This document shows positions 13,260 to 25,200 of a stretch of DNA of 64,000 nt, piece by piece. A model generated the notes under the pieces. That model was not told the origin of the DNA. It did not search any database and saw nothing but the letters and a program-made list of their open reading frames with translations. Made by a program: the position numbers and the translations under genes. The stretch comes from Malacoraja senta (taxonomy: Eukaryota): the NCBI GenBank assembly GCA_038087875.1, contig CM075993.1:5458001-5522000 (forward strand), in the 5' to 3' direction. The first letter of the stretch is position 1. Every line of letters begins with the position of its first letter.

Positions 13260-16200
13260 GTGAGTTTGGATCATTAAAGTTGTGTTTTTTTTAAACCAAG
13301 GCTGAATGAAGGAAGCTGGATGAATTATAATTCCTTATTGATCCTTTTTCTGATGCTGTTGTGAAATGCAGACTATTTATTTAGCAAAATAGTTTCAGAT
13401 GCAAGCATCAAGTTTCCCCCAAACTGGTGTTTGTTGTTTTATTTTTAATTTGGAGTTTTGGATTTGTGTTTTGCAGGTATGATATTTATTGCACAGTATG
13501 ATTGGATTGATTGTCTCTCATGGGTATCTTGGTTGAGTGACTGGGAATAGTATTGATGGACTAGATGGGCTAAATGGCCCATTTCTGTGCTGTGTGGGCC
13601 TATGGGTTCATGATTAATATTGACTTGGCAGCCCTGATACCAGAGACTTGGGTTCAATCCTGACTACAGTTGCTGCCTGCTCAGAGTTTGTACGTTCTCC
13701 CCGTGACCACGTGGGTTTTCTCTGAGTGCTCTGTTTCCACCCACACTCCAAAGATGTACGGGATTGTAGGTTAATTGGCTTCTGAAAATTGTCCCTAGTG
13801 TGTAGGATAGAACTAGTGTACATAGAAACATAGAAACATAGAAATTAGGTGCAGGAGTAGGCCATTCGGCCCTTCGAGCCTGCACCACCATTCAATATGA
13901 TCATGGCTGATCATCCAACTCAGTATCCCGTACCTGCCTTCTCTCCATACCCTCTGATCCCTTTAGCCACAAGGGCCACATCTAACTCCCTCTTAAATAT
14001 AGCCAATGAACTGGCCTCGACTAGGTGATCGAAGGTCAACGTAGACTCCGTGGGACATAGAAAATAGGTGCAGGAGTAGGCCATTCGGCCCTTTGAGCCT
14101 GCACCGCCATTCAATATGATCATGGCTGATCATCCAACTCAGTATCCCGTACCTGCCTTCTCTCCATACCCCCTGATCCCTTTAGCCACAAGGGCCTCAT
14201 CTAACTCCCTCTAAGGACGAAGGACCTATTTCCGCGCTGTATCTCTAAACTAAACTATGAGGAGGAATTTCATTAGTCAGAGGGTGGTGAATCTGTGAAA
14301 TTCTTTGCCAAAAAGGCTGTGGAGGCCAAGTCAATGGATATTTTTTAAGGCAGAGATAGATAGATTCTTGATTAGTATGGGTGTCAGGGGTTATGGGGAG
14401 AAGGCAGGAGAATGGGGTTAGAAAGGAGAGATAGATCAGCCATGATTGAATGGCGGAGTAGACTTGATGGGCCGAATAGCTAATTCACTTATGACCTTAT
14501 GTGAGATGAGAGCGTGGCCAGTGTGTGATGCTGCCCTTGTATCCATGAAGGAACAGTCACAGGTTAGACTCTCTTCCAGATACTGTGACACTGGTACGAG
14601 TTCGGGTGGCACTGAGACACCCTGCACCCTGAATGGGAGTGCCCGGGTCAGACGGAAGCAGAGAAATGCCTTGAAGGAAGTGGCGATCATGATCGTGCCG
14701 GAGGAGAAGCTGGCACAGGCTGAGCAGAGGGCAAGGATGCACTCTGCCAACCACAAGGTAGGACCTGGCCTATCATTCAATACCAACTCCACTTTATAAA
14801 TAGCATAAGGAGGCGAGGCACTTGAGAAGGGTGTGGAAATTATTTACAATGCAGCTTTACCAGAACTGGTAACGGTTGAACTGGCTGGGGTTATTTTCTT
14901 TGCAACTCGAGCCTGAGGGGAGATCTATTTGAGCTATATAACAGTTATAAAATTATCAGAGATCTGGATGGAATAAAAAGTATGAAGGACCTTAACCCCT
15001 CTTAGCAGAGGGGTCAAAATCCAGTGGGTCTAGGTTTAAAGAAGTGGGTGAGAGAATGTTTTTTCCACCCAGAAGGTGGTGGTGGTGTGGAACTTGTGGT
15101 CTCACAGGATGTGGGAATTAGAAAAACCTGTCATCCATTTTACCCAGTACTGGAAGGTGTACTTGGGGAGAGGAGGGGGAGAGGTTAGAGTAGGTAAGGG
15201 GAGCAGAAAGGTTGAGGTTGATGCACATTTTCATGATTTGAAGAAGGGTGTCGACCCGAAACGTCACCCATTCCTTGTCTCCAGAGTTGCTGGATGAGCT
15301 TGGAGGAGCTTACATCCTCATATTTCGCTTGGGTAGCTTACACCCCAGCGGTATGAACATTGACTTCTCCAATTTCAGGTAGTCCTTGCTTTCTCCCTCC
15401 TTCCTCTCCCCTTCCCAGCTCTCCCACAGCCCACTGTCTCCGCCTCTGCCTTTATTCTTCCCGCCACCCCCACATCAGTCTGAAGAAGGGTCTCGACCCG
15501 AAACGTCACCTATTTCCTTCGCTCCATAGATGCTGCCTCACCCACTGAGTTTCTCCAGCATTTTTGTCTACCTTTGATAGGTTCCAGATTAGTAAGGGCA
15601 TCAAAGGTTATGGGGAGACAGCAGGAGAATGGGTTGAGGGGGGAAAATAGAACAGCCATGATCGAATGGTGGAGTAGCTTCAATGGGCCAAATGGCTTAA
15701 TTCTGCTCCCATGTCCATGTTCACGCAGGCCGGATTGAATCCCTGTGACTGGAGCTGTGAGGAAGCAGCAGTAATGTCTCCATTTGTGTCACTGTGTTCA
15801 TATCTTGAGCTTGCGGTGTTTTCTTTCTCCAGGAGGTGCCTGCTGTGCAAGAATTGGTGCGTTGCGTGGCTTTGGCAAGGATCAGTTTTGGTGACTTCCA
15901 CTGGCGGATGGCACATGCCCACATCAACCTAGCAAAAGGCTATCTACACCTCAAAGGCAGGTGGCGGCTTCTGTCCTCTTCCTCCTCCTCATAAGCATTT
16001 CCTTTAATATCGCTTCCATTTGGTCACCCACTCCAATTCTGCCTCAACTCATAAGATCATAATATTAATAATTCATTTTATTTGCTGGCGCCTTTCTAAC
16101 ACCCAAGGACACCTTACAAGGCATAAAATCACAAAAATACAAAACACATAATCGGAGTAAATTAAATATAAAAACACCACAATACACAAATCAAGGACAG

Positions 16201-19200
16201 AATTCAATTACAAAAGCACAAAAAGAAAATAAGAAACACAATTTGAGGAGAAAATCTCCTGCTTATCTCCTGCTGAAATGTTCTTCCATGTTTTTTTCTA
16301 ATCGCTAGACTTACTTATTCACAAGTTCACAAGTTATAGTAGTCGAATTAGGCCATTCGGCCCATTGAGTCCACTCCGCCATTCGATCATGGCTGATCTC
16401 TGCCTCCTAATCCCATTTCCTGCCTTCTCCCCATAACCCTTGTCACCCGATATAATCAAGAATTTGTCTATCTCTGCCTTACAAATATCCACTGACTTGG
16501 CCTCCACAACTCACTGTGTCAATGAGTTCCACAGATTAACTGCCCTCTGACCAAAGGAGTTCCTCCTCACCTCCTATCTAAAATAATTAATTCTGAGGCT
16601 ACGACCTCTGGTCCTAGACTCTCCCACCGGTGGAAACATCCTTTCCACATCCATTCTATCCATGCCTATCATTACTCTGTAAGTTTCAATGAGGTCCCCC
16701 CTCAACCTTCTAAACTCCAGCGAGTGAAGGCCCAGTGCTGTCAAATGTTTATTCCAACATCTCCTGGCTAGCCTCCCTCATCCTACTCTCCTGGTCCTAA
16801 TCCACACCTCCACTAGACATCTCCTATTCCTTTTAGACTTTAGAGATACCATTGGGACACCAATTTCTGTCCAATCCATAACCCCAATGCTTTCTGACCA
16901 ACCTGGTTCCAGTCCATCAGTAACGTAACCTAACAATTCACTGTCTTGTTTTCAAACCCCTTCACGTTCTTGCTTCCCACTCTCTCTGATCTCTTCCACC
17001 TCGACATTCTTCCAAAGTACTCCAACCCTCTCTTTTCAATTTTAATGGCTCCACCATTGCTATAAGGCCCTCAGCTGCCAAGGTTCGACTTTGTGGAAAA
17101 TCATCTTTTCCCCCTCCTCAACTCTATCAACAACCTCCCTCCTTCTTTTAAAGCACTCCTTAAAACCTCCCTCTAAGATCTTGGTTGCTTGTCCAATGCG
17201 CGCCATCGTTTCAGATGTTGCAACAAGACTACTGTAAAAGACACTTCCATTTGCCTATCTAAAAGTCTCTGAAGCATCACTTTCATCTCTGCCTCCACCA
17301 CCACCCCTGGCAAAGCGTTCCATTCCCCCACCACACCACAAAAAAATAATAACTTGACCCCAACATCTCCATTAAACTTTCCCTCTCCCATCTTATTCAG
17401 TGCCCTCCATAATGTTTGGGACAAAGACCCATCATTTATTTATTTGCCTCTGTACTCCACAATTTGAGATTTGTAACAGAAAAAAATCACATGTGGTTAA
17501 AGCGCACATTGTCAGATTTTAGTAAAGGGTATTTTTATACATTTTGGTTTCACCATGTAGAAATCACAGCAGTGTTTATACATAGTCCCCCCATATCAGG
17601 GCACCATAATGTTTGGGGCACAGCAATGTCATGTAAATGAAAGTAGTCATGTTTAGTATTTTGTTGCATATCCTTTGCATGCAATGACAGCTTGAAGTCT
17701 GCGATTCATGGACATCACCAGTTGCTGGGTGTCTTCTCTGGTGCTGCTCTGCCAGTCCTGTATTGCAGCCATCTTTAGCTTATGCTTGTTTTGGGGGCTA
17801 GTCCCCTTCAGTTTTCTCTTCAGCATATTCAGTAGCTATGCCCTCCAGTGTTCCATCCTGGGATAAAGGTTCTGACTGTCCCTGCCTCTCATAATTTTAT
17901 ATACTTCTATCAAGAGGTATTTCTATCATTATGCTTCCATCTAAGTAAGAGAGAGGTGAGTGAAAGTTACTGGGCCTTATCCTTCTATATGTCTACGAAG
18001 ATTGGGTGAAGTCACAAGGGGACTCACCACATTCTTGTAAGGTTGAATAGTTGAGGTTTGAATTTCAGGTATGGGTGAGATCCCAGACTACTGGAGGCTC
18101 TGGTTCGGTTATATATAATATGCCAGTTAACACATTCCTCGTACAGGACACCCCTCTCCATTAATAAATGGCCGACATTTCGGGTCGAGACCCTTCTTGT
18201 GGGGGGGCGGGGCACCCTCTCATCAGTCTGAAGAAGGGTTTCGTCCCGAAACGTTGCCTATTTCCTTCGCTCCATAGATGCTGCCTCACCCGCTGAGTTT
18301 CTCCAGCATTTTTGTCTACCTTCGATTTTCCAGCATCTGCAGTTCCTTCTTAAACATCTTAACCATTAATAAATGGGATGTTTCTATATCTTGCCTCACC
18401 CATTAATCACTGAGCTGGAGTAGATCATTGCCACCAATTCCCGACACCAACCAATCTGCTCTCTAAATATAAAGCGTGACGGTGAGAATATTTGGAGGAG
18501 CGAGGAAAACTATTACCCACCCCCTGCTGTTGGCACATCACTCTCTATCCAGCCTAGCCTGACAGCTGGTTAGTAGTGTGGAATGACACACTACAGGGCG
18601 AGACAACTCTGCCCATTACTGCTATGCTCACTCTTTGACAAAGCCATCCAAATAGTCCCACTCCCCTACTCTCTCTCTCTCTGCAGTCCCTACAATTTAT
18701 TAAAAATCAAAGATGCTGGAGGAACTCAACAGGATTAGTTGAGTTTAGTTTTAAGATACAGCGAGGAAACAAGCTTTGGAGAGGGTGCAGAGGAGGTTGA
18801 CCAGAATACAGCCTGGATTAGAAGGTTTCAAACACAAGGAGAGGTTGGATAGACGCCAAGTGCTGGAGTAAAGCGGGCCAGGCAGCATCTCTGGAGAAAA
18901 AGGAATGGGACTCAACCCGCAATGTCATCCATCCTGTAGCCTGATCCATAGAAACATAGAAACATAGAAAATAGGTGCAGGAGTAGGCCATTCGGCCCTT
19001 CGAGCCTGCACCGCCATTCAATATGATCATGGCTGATCATCCAACTCAGTATCCCGTACCTGCCTTCTCTCCATACCCCCTGATCCCTTTAGCCACAAGG
19101 GCCACATCTAACTCCCTCTTAAATATAGCCAATGAACTGGCCTCAACTACCCTCTGTGGCAGAGATTTCCACAGATTCACCACTCTCTGTGTGAAAAAGT

Positions 19201-22200
19201 TTTTCCTCATCTCGGTCTTAAAGGATTTCCCCCTTATCCTTAAGCTGTGACCCCTTGTCCTGGACTTCCCCAACATCGGGAACAATCTTCCTGCATCTAG
19301 CCTGTCCAACCCCATAAGAATTTTGTACGTTTCTATAAGATCCCCTCTCAATCTCCTAAATTCTAGCGAGTATAAGCCAAGTCTATCCAGTCTTTCTTCA
19401 TATGAAAGTCCTGACATCCCAGGAATCAGTCTGGTGAACCTTGTCTGCACTCCCTCTATGGCTATAATGTCCTTCCTCAGATCCGCTAAGTTACCCCAGC
19501 ACTTTGTGTCTATCTTTGGTATAAACCAGCATCTGCAGTTCCTCGTTTCTACATGGATAAATGTGGATTGTTTTCTCCGGAATGTTGGAGGTTGAGAGCA
19601 GTGGGGACCTGGAACACGTTGCCAGGGGTGGTGGTGCAAGCAGATACACCATAGTGGTGTACGAGTGGCTTTTAGATGGCGGCAGTCACGGTGGCGCAGC
19701 GGTAGAGTTGCTGCCTTACAGCGAATGCAGCGCCGGAGACCCGGGTTCGATCCCGACCACGGGCGCTGTCTGTACGGAGTTTGTACGTTCTCCCCGTGAT
19801 CTGCGTGGGTTTTCTCCAAGATTTTCGGTTTCCTCCCGCACTCCAAAGACGTGCAGGTTTGCAGGTTAATTTATGGTATAAATGTAACAATTGTCCCTAG
19901 TGGGTGTAGGGTGATGTTAATGTGTGGGGATCGCTGGTCGGGGGATATGGGGAGAAGGCAGGAACGGGGTCCTGATTGGGGATGATCAGCCATGATCGCA
20001 TTGAATGGCGGTGCTGGCTCGAAGGGCCGAACGGCCTACTGCTGCAACTATTGTCTATTGTCAAGCAGACCTTGTAAGGAAACGGGACTAACTGGGCAAA
20101 CAGGGCAGACTAACAGCGTTCCTTTGACATGAGCCATTCATCCCACAGGACAGGCACTGCAAGCAAAGCAGCACTGCGAGAAGGCCAAGGACATCATGTA
20201 CGCCAACACTCAGCTCCCAGCGTCGGAGGAGGAGCGGGGGGAGATTCTTCGATGTCTGATCACCATGTTTCTCACGCTGGGCCAATCTCTGATGGGACTT
20301 GAAAAATATCCTTTCACCCGGGTTGATAGAACTACGAAGGTTCATGCAGAATTATTTGACAGACAATGTAATCTAGAGATTCTGCACTGGAAGTTGTTTA
20401 GAATCATAAAAATATCTGCAATGAGAAGGAGCCTATTCTGCCCATCATGTTCTAACCCATCGCCAGCGATCTAGACAACCTAACCCCGCCTTCCAACACT
20501 GAACATAATCGTTGAAGAAGGGTCTCGACCCGAAATGTCACCCATTCCTTCTCTCCAGAGATGCTGCCTGTCCCGCTGAGTTACTCCGGCATTTTGTGTC
20601 TACAATCGCTGAACACCTCTGCTCAGTCCGCCTAGACCTACATGATCTCCCAGTTGCCAAACGCTAACTCCCCCTCCCATTCCCACACTGACCTTTCTGT
20701 CCTGGGCCTCCTCCATTGTCAGAGTGAGGCCCACTGCAAATTGGAGGAACAGCACCTCATATTTCGCTTGGGCAGCTCACACCCCAGCGGCATGAACATT
20801 GACTTCTTTAACTTCAAGTAACCCTTGCTTTCCCTCTCTCTCTATCCCTCCCCCATCCTAGTTCTCCGACCAGTCTGACTGTCCTGATTACATTTTACAT
20901 AGTGTGCCTCGGTACCTTCCCCTAGCCTAACAAAGTTTACATTTTCCTTGAACTTTGTCCTTTTTGATCTCTCGTTTTCACACCTCACCCTTCCATATCT
21001 CTCATTTCCTTCTCCCCTGACAGTCTGAAGAAGGGTCTCAACCCGAAACGTCTCCTATTCCTTCTCTCTATAGAAGCTGCCTCACCCGCTGAGTTTCTCC
21101 AGCATTTTTGTCTACCTTCGATTTTTCCAGCATCTGCAGTTCTTTCATAAACCCTGCTACAAGAATTAGATCATTTCCGTTTCATTTGACTCCCACAATT
21201 TTATACTCCTCAATTAAATTCCTCCTCGGTCTTTTCAATTTCAGAGAAATCAGTCCCAGACCATCCAGCCTTTCCTCTTAAGTAAAAATTTCCAGTTCTG
21301 GAAACATGTTTGATAATCCCCACCGCACCCTTTCCTGCACGTTGGTACTTTTCTTGCAATGTGGTGATTGAAGCTACGTGCAGTATTTGGGCTGTGGCCT
21401 AACTGGTGTTCTCCAGAGGTGCTGCCTGACCCGCTGAGTTACTCCAGCACTCTGTGAAAAGTCACCTATCAGTGTTCTCCAGAGATGCTGCCTGACCCGC
21501 TGAGTTACTCCAGCACTCTGTGAAACGTCACCTATCCGTGTTCTCCACACAGATGCTGCCTGACCCGCTGAGTTACTCTGGCACAGTGTACTTCTGTGCT
21601 TTGTAAGCTATACGGAACCACACTATAAATGATAAGGTAGACCAAAATGCTGGAGAAACTCAGCGGGTGCGGCAGCATCTATGGAGCGAAGGAAATAGGC
21701 AACGTTTCGGCCCGAAACCCTTCCGGGTTTCGGCCCGAAACGTTGCCTATTTCCTTCAGGGTTTCGGCCCGAAAGGTTGCCCATTTCCTTCGCTCCACAG
21801 ATGCTGCCTGACCCGCTGAGTTACTCCAGCACTCTGTGAAACGTCACCTATCCGTGTTCTCCACACAGATGCTGCCTGACCCGCTGAGTTACTCCAGCAC
21901 TCTGTGAAACGTCACCTATCCGCGTTCTCCACACAGATGCTGCCTGACCCGCTGAGTTATTCCAGCACTCTGTGAAACGTCACCTATCCGTGTTCTCCAC
22001 ACAGATGCTGCCTGACCCGCTGAGTTACTCCAGCACTCTGTGAAACGTCACCTATCCGTGTTCTCCACACAGATGCTGCCTGACCCGCTGAGTTACTCCA
22101 GCACTCTATCTCTTTCTTCGCTGTAATTTATTTGCTTTTATGTAGACACAAGGAACTGCAGATGCTGGTTTACAAACAAAAACACATAAAGTGCTGGAGT

Positions 22201-25200
22201 AACTCGACAGGCCAGACAGCATCTTTGGAGGTGACGTTTTGGGTCAGGACCTGGAATGTCACCTATCCATTTTCTCCATAGAAGCCGCTAAGTTACTCCA
22301 GCACTCTGTGTCTTTGTGTGTTGCAGTATTTCTTGTCTGGCTTATCTTGCCATGTTGAAGGTGCAATGGAAATGGTAATAGTTGTTGTGGAGTGCCATTG
22401 ATGGACGGTTTAGTTTTTAAGTCCAGAATAGGTAAGACAGTGGATTTGTGGGAGGGTACTGGTTTGGGACTTTGTGGGCATCAACAGAGCCAGAGCAAGC
22501 AATTGGAGTATTCATGTTTTTCCCTTTATCATGTATCCGTACACTGGATGGCTCCATTGTAATCATGACTTGAGCCCAACATCTCCATTAAACTTTCCCT
22601 CTCCCACCTAATGCAGTGCCCTCCATAATGTTTGGGACAAAGACCCATCATTTATTTATTTGCCTCTGTACTCCACAATTTGAGATTTGTAATAGAAAAA
22701 AATCACATGTGGTTAAAGTGCACGTTGTCAGATTGTAATAAAGGCCATTTTTATACATTTTGGTTCCACCATGTAGAAATTACAGCAGTGTTTATACATA
22801 GTGGCCCCATTTCAGAGAACCATAATGTTTGGGACACAGCAATGTCATGTAAATGAAAGTAGTCATGTTTAGTATTTTGTTGCATATCCTTTGCATGCAG
22901 TGACTGCTTGAAGTCTGCGATTCATGGACATCACCAGTTGCTGGGTGTCTTCTCTGGTGATGCTCTGCCAGGCCTGTATTGCAGCCATCTTTAGCTTATG
23001 CTTGTTTTGGGGGCTAGTCCCCTTCAGTTTTCTCTTCAGCATATAAAAGGCACGCTCAATTGGGTTCAGATCGGGTACACGTGGCAACAAATAAACTAAG
23101 CTGAAGGAGGGGAGAGGTTCACGTGGGCACCTGGCCTATTTGTACGCTTCCAACTACATTATGCCTTCCTTAATTCTCTGCACTTTGAAGGAGGCCGAGC
23201 AGAGTTTGCTGAAGTCGGAGAAGGTTGCGGATGAGCTTCGCCGAGCGGAGGAGGTGACACAAGAGGAGATGAGACAAGTGGACACCAAAATTAACTTGGC
23301 CTTGGGAAGGTAAACACTGCCAAGCAAATGCCATTGCTGATGAGTCTCACTGTGGGCATTCCTGATACACAGGCAACGTTTTGCAATGTTCAGGCTGCTA
23401 TCCACCTCTGGAATGTAACGCCTCACACTTGCTTGGAGGGCCGCACGGTGGCGCAGCGGTAGAGTTGCTGTCTTAAGAGCCTGTCCCACTTGGGCGGCAT
23501 TTGCGCGAAAACGCAGGTGGCGCGCGAAGATTGTGTGAATCCCAAAATCCTGGGGCGCCGCGCGCGACCGTGCGTCACTGCCTATGCCACCACGCCTCAC
23601 CACGCGCATAATGCACGCCATGCGTCGTGACGGGTAAATTATGTCATGTAAATGACACCCAAGTGGGACAGGCCCTTTACAGCGCTTGCAGCGACAGAGT
23701 CCCGGGTTCAATCCTGACTACGGAGTTTGTGCTGTCTGCACGGAGTTTGTACCTTCTCCCCGTGACCTGCGTGGGTTTTCTCTGAGATCTGCGGTTTCCT
23801 CCCACACTCCAAAGACGTACAGGAATGTAGGTAAATTGGCTTGGCGTAAAGTGTAAAACTGTCCCTGGTGTGCGTGGGATGATGTTAATCGCTGGTCGGT
23901 ACGGACTCAGTGGGCTGAAGGGCCTGTTTCCGCGCTGTATCTCTCAACTAAACTCCATGCTTTGTAGTATCTATAGCCGCGCTAACCCCACAAAGTGAAC
24001 TTTGTGATTGAGCAACTTTGTTTTGTTGGATTCAAAACCATCGCACAAAAGTGAATGACCTTTAGCATGGTCTGTAGGGACATTAGATACAGTAACAGAT
24101 ATCACCATAAACACAGGACTTAATGATAGATTGGTATTCACCCAGATCCAGATTGCTTAGTTCAAAGTGTTTTCAAGATAACAACCTGACTTTAATTTTA
24201 GTTCTGCCTTCTGCACCGGGAGAGAGGTCCATTAAGTGTTTGGGAAAACAGAAAGCTATTTTTAATATAGGAGGGGGAGGAGGAAGGCAAACAGGTTAAT
24301 ATTTCTGATGCGTCACACAAAATCTCTATTGCAATGAAGTAGAAGTTTGATGAAAGATCTCAAAAGGAGAAAGATTGAAAAGTGCGGACCCGAAACGTCG
24401 CCCATTCCTTCTCTCCAGAGATGCAGGAGAAATGTTCCCAATGTTGGGCGAGTCCAGAACCAGGGGCCACAGTCTTAGAATAAAGGGGAGGCCATTTAAG
24501 ACTGAGGTGAGAAAAAACGTTTTCACCCAGAGATGTGAATTTGTGGAATTCCCTGCCACAGAGGGAGGCCAAATCACAGGATGGATTTAAGAGAGAGTTA
24601 GATAGAGCTCTAGGGGCTAGTGGGATCAAGGGATATGGGGAGAAGGCAGGTTATTAATTGGGGACGATCAGCCATGATCGCAATGAATGGCGGTGCTGGC
24701 TCGAAGGGCCGAATGGCCTCCTCCTGCACCTATTATCTATGTTTCTATGCTGCCTCACCCGGTGAGTTACTCCAGCATTCTGTGCCTACCAGAAGTATGT
24801 TTAGTTTAGTTTAGAGATACAGCGGGGAAACAGGCCCTTCGGCCCACTGAGTCCACGCCGCCCACTGATCACCCATACACTAGTTCTATGATACCTAGTA
24901 GGGATAATTTACAGAAGCCAATTAACCTACAAACTTGCACATCTTTGCATTGTGGGAGAAAACCACGGCACCCGGAGAAAACCCACATGGTCACAGGGAA
25001 TTCAATGATGCTTTATTGTCTCATGTTCCTAGGTACCATGAATGCTTGGTTTTGCATGCGACCCGGTAAAATCATATAGCAGACCTCACCTAGGCAGTAC
25101 ACAAGTGTCAGGATCGAACCCGGGTCTCTGGCGCTGTAAGGCAGCAACTCTACCGCTGCGCCATCGTGCCGCCCACTGTGTGTTGCCTTTGGAGCTTAGA

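Larger units (their letters stand above)
20306..23183 (+). other. TTC23: U12-type (minor spliceosome) AT-AC intron of TTC23
   Basis: 5' site ATATCCTTT; branch site TTCCTTAAT at 23166-23174; 3' end CAC|. Splicing keeps the frame (AA+T = Asn) and the homology. Confidence 0.93.

Noticed and set aside
15961..15966. Canonical GT donor for TTC23 exon 3
   Set aside because: Gives the wrong phase for exon 4; the alternative acceptor at 20117 hits a stop.
19685..19760. tRNA genes (also at 23445, 46027, 49545 and others)
   Set aside because: They are SINE heads that run straight into the SINE core, with no complete cloverleaf.
19046..19846. Chimeric ORFs of 170-300 aa (also 41513, 43947, 50876)
   Set aside because: Chance read-through across adjacent SINE, Penelope and CR1 fragments; not host genes.
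21405..22107. CRISPR-like regular repeats
   Set aside because: Pure tandem units with no unique spacers, no cas genes, vertebrate context.
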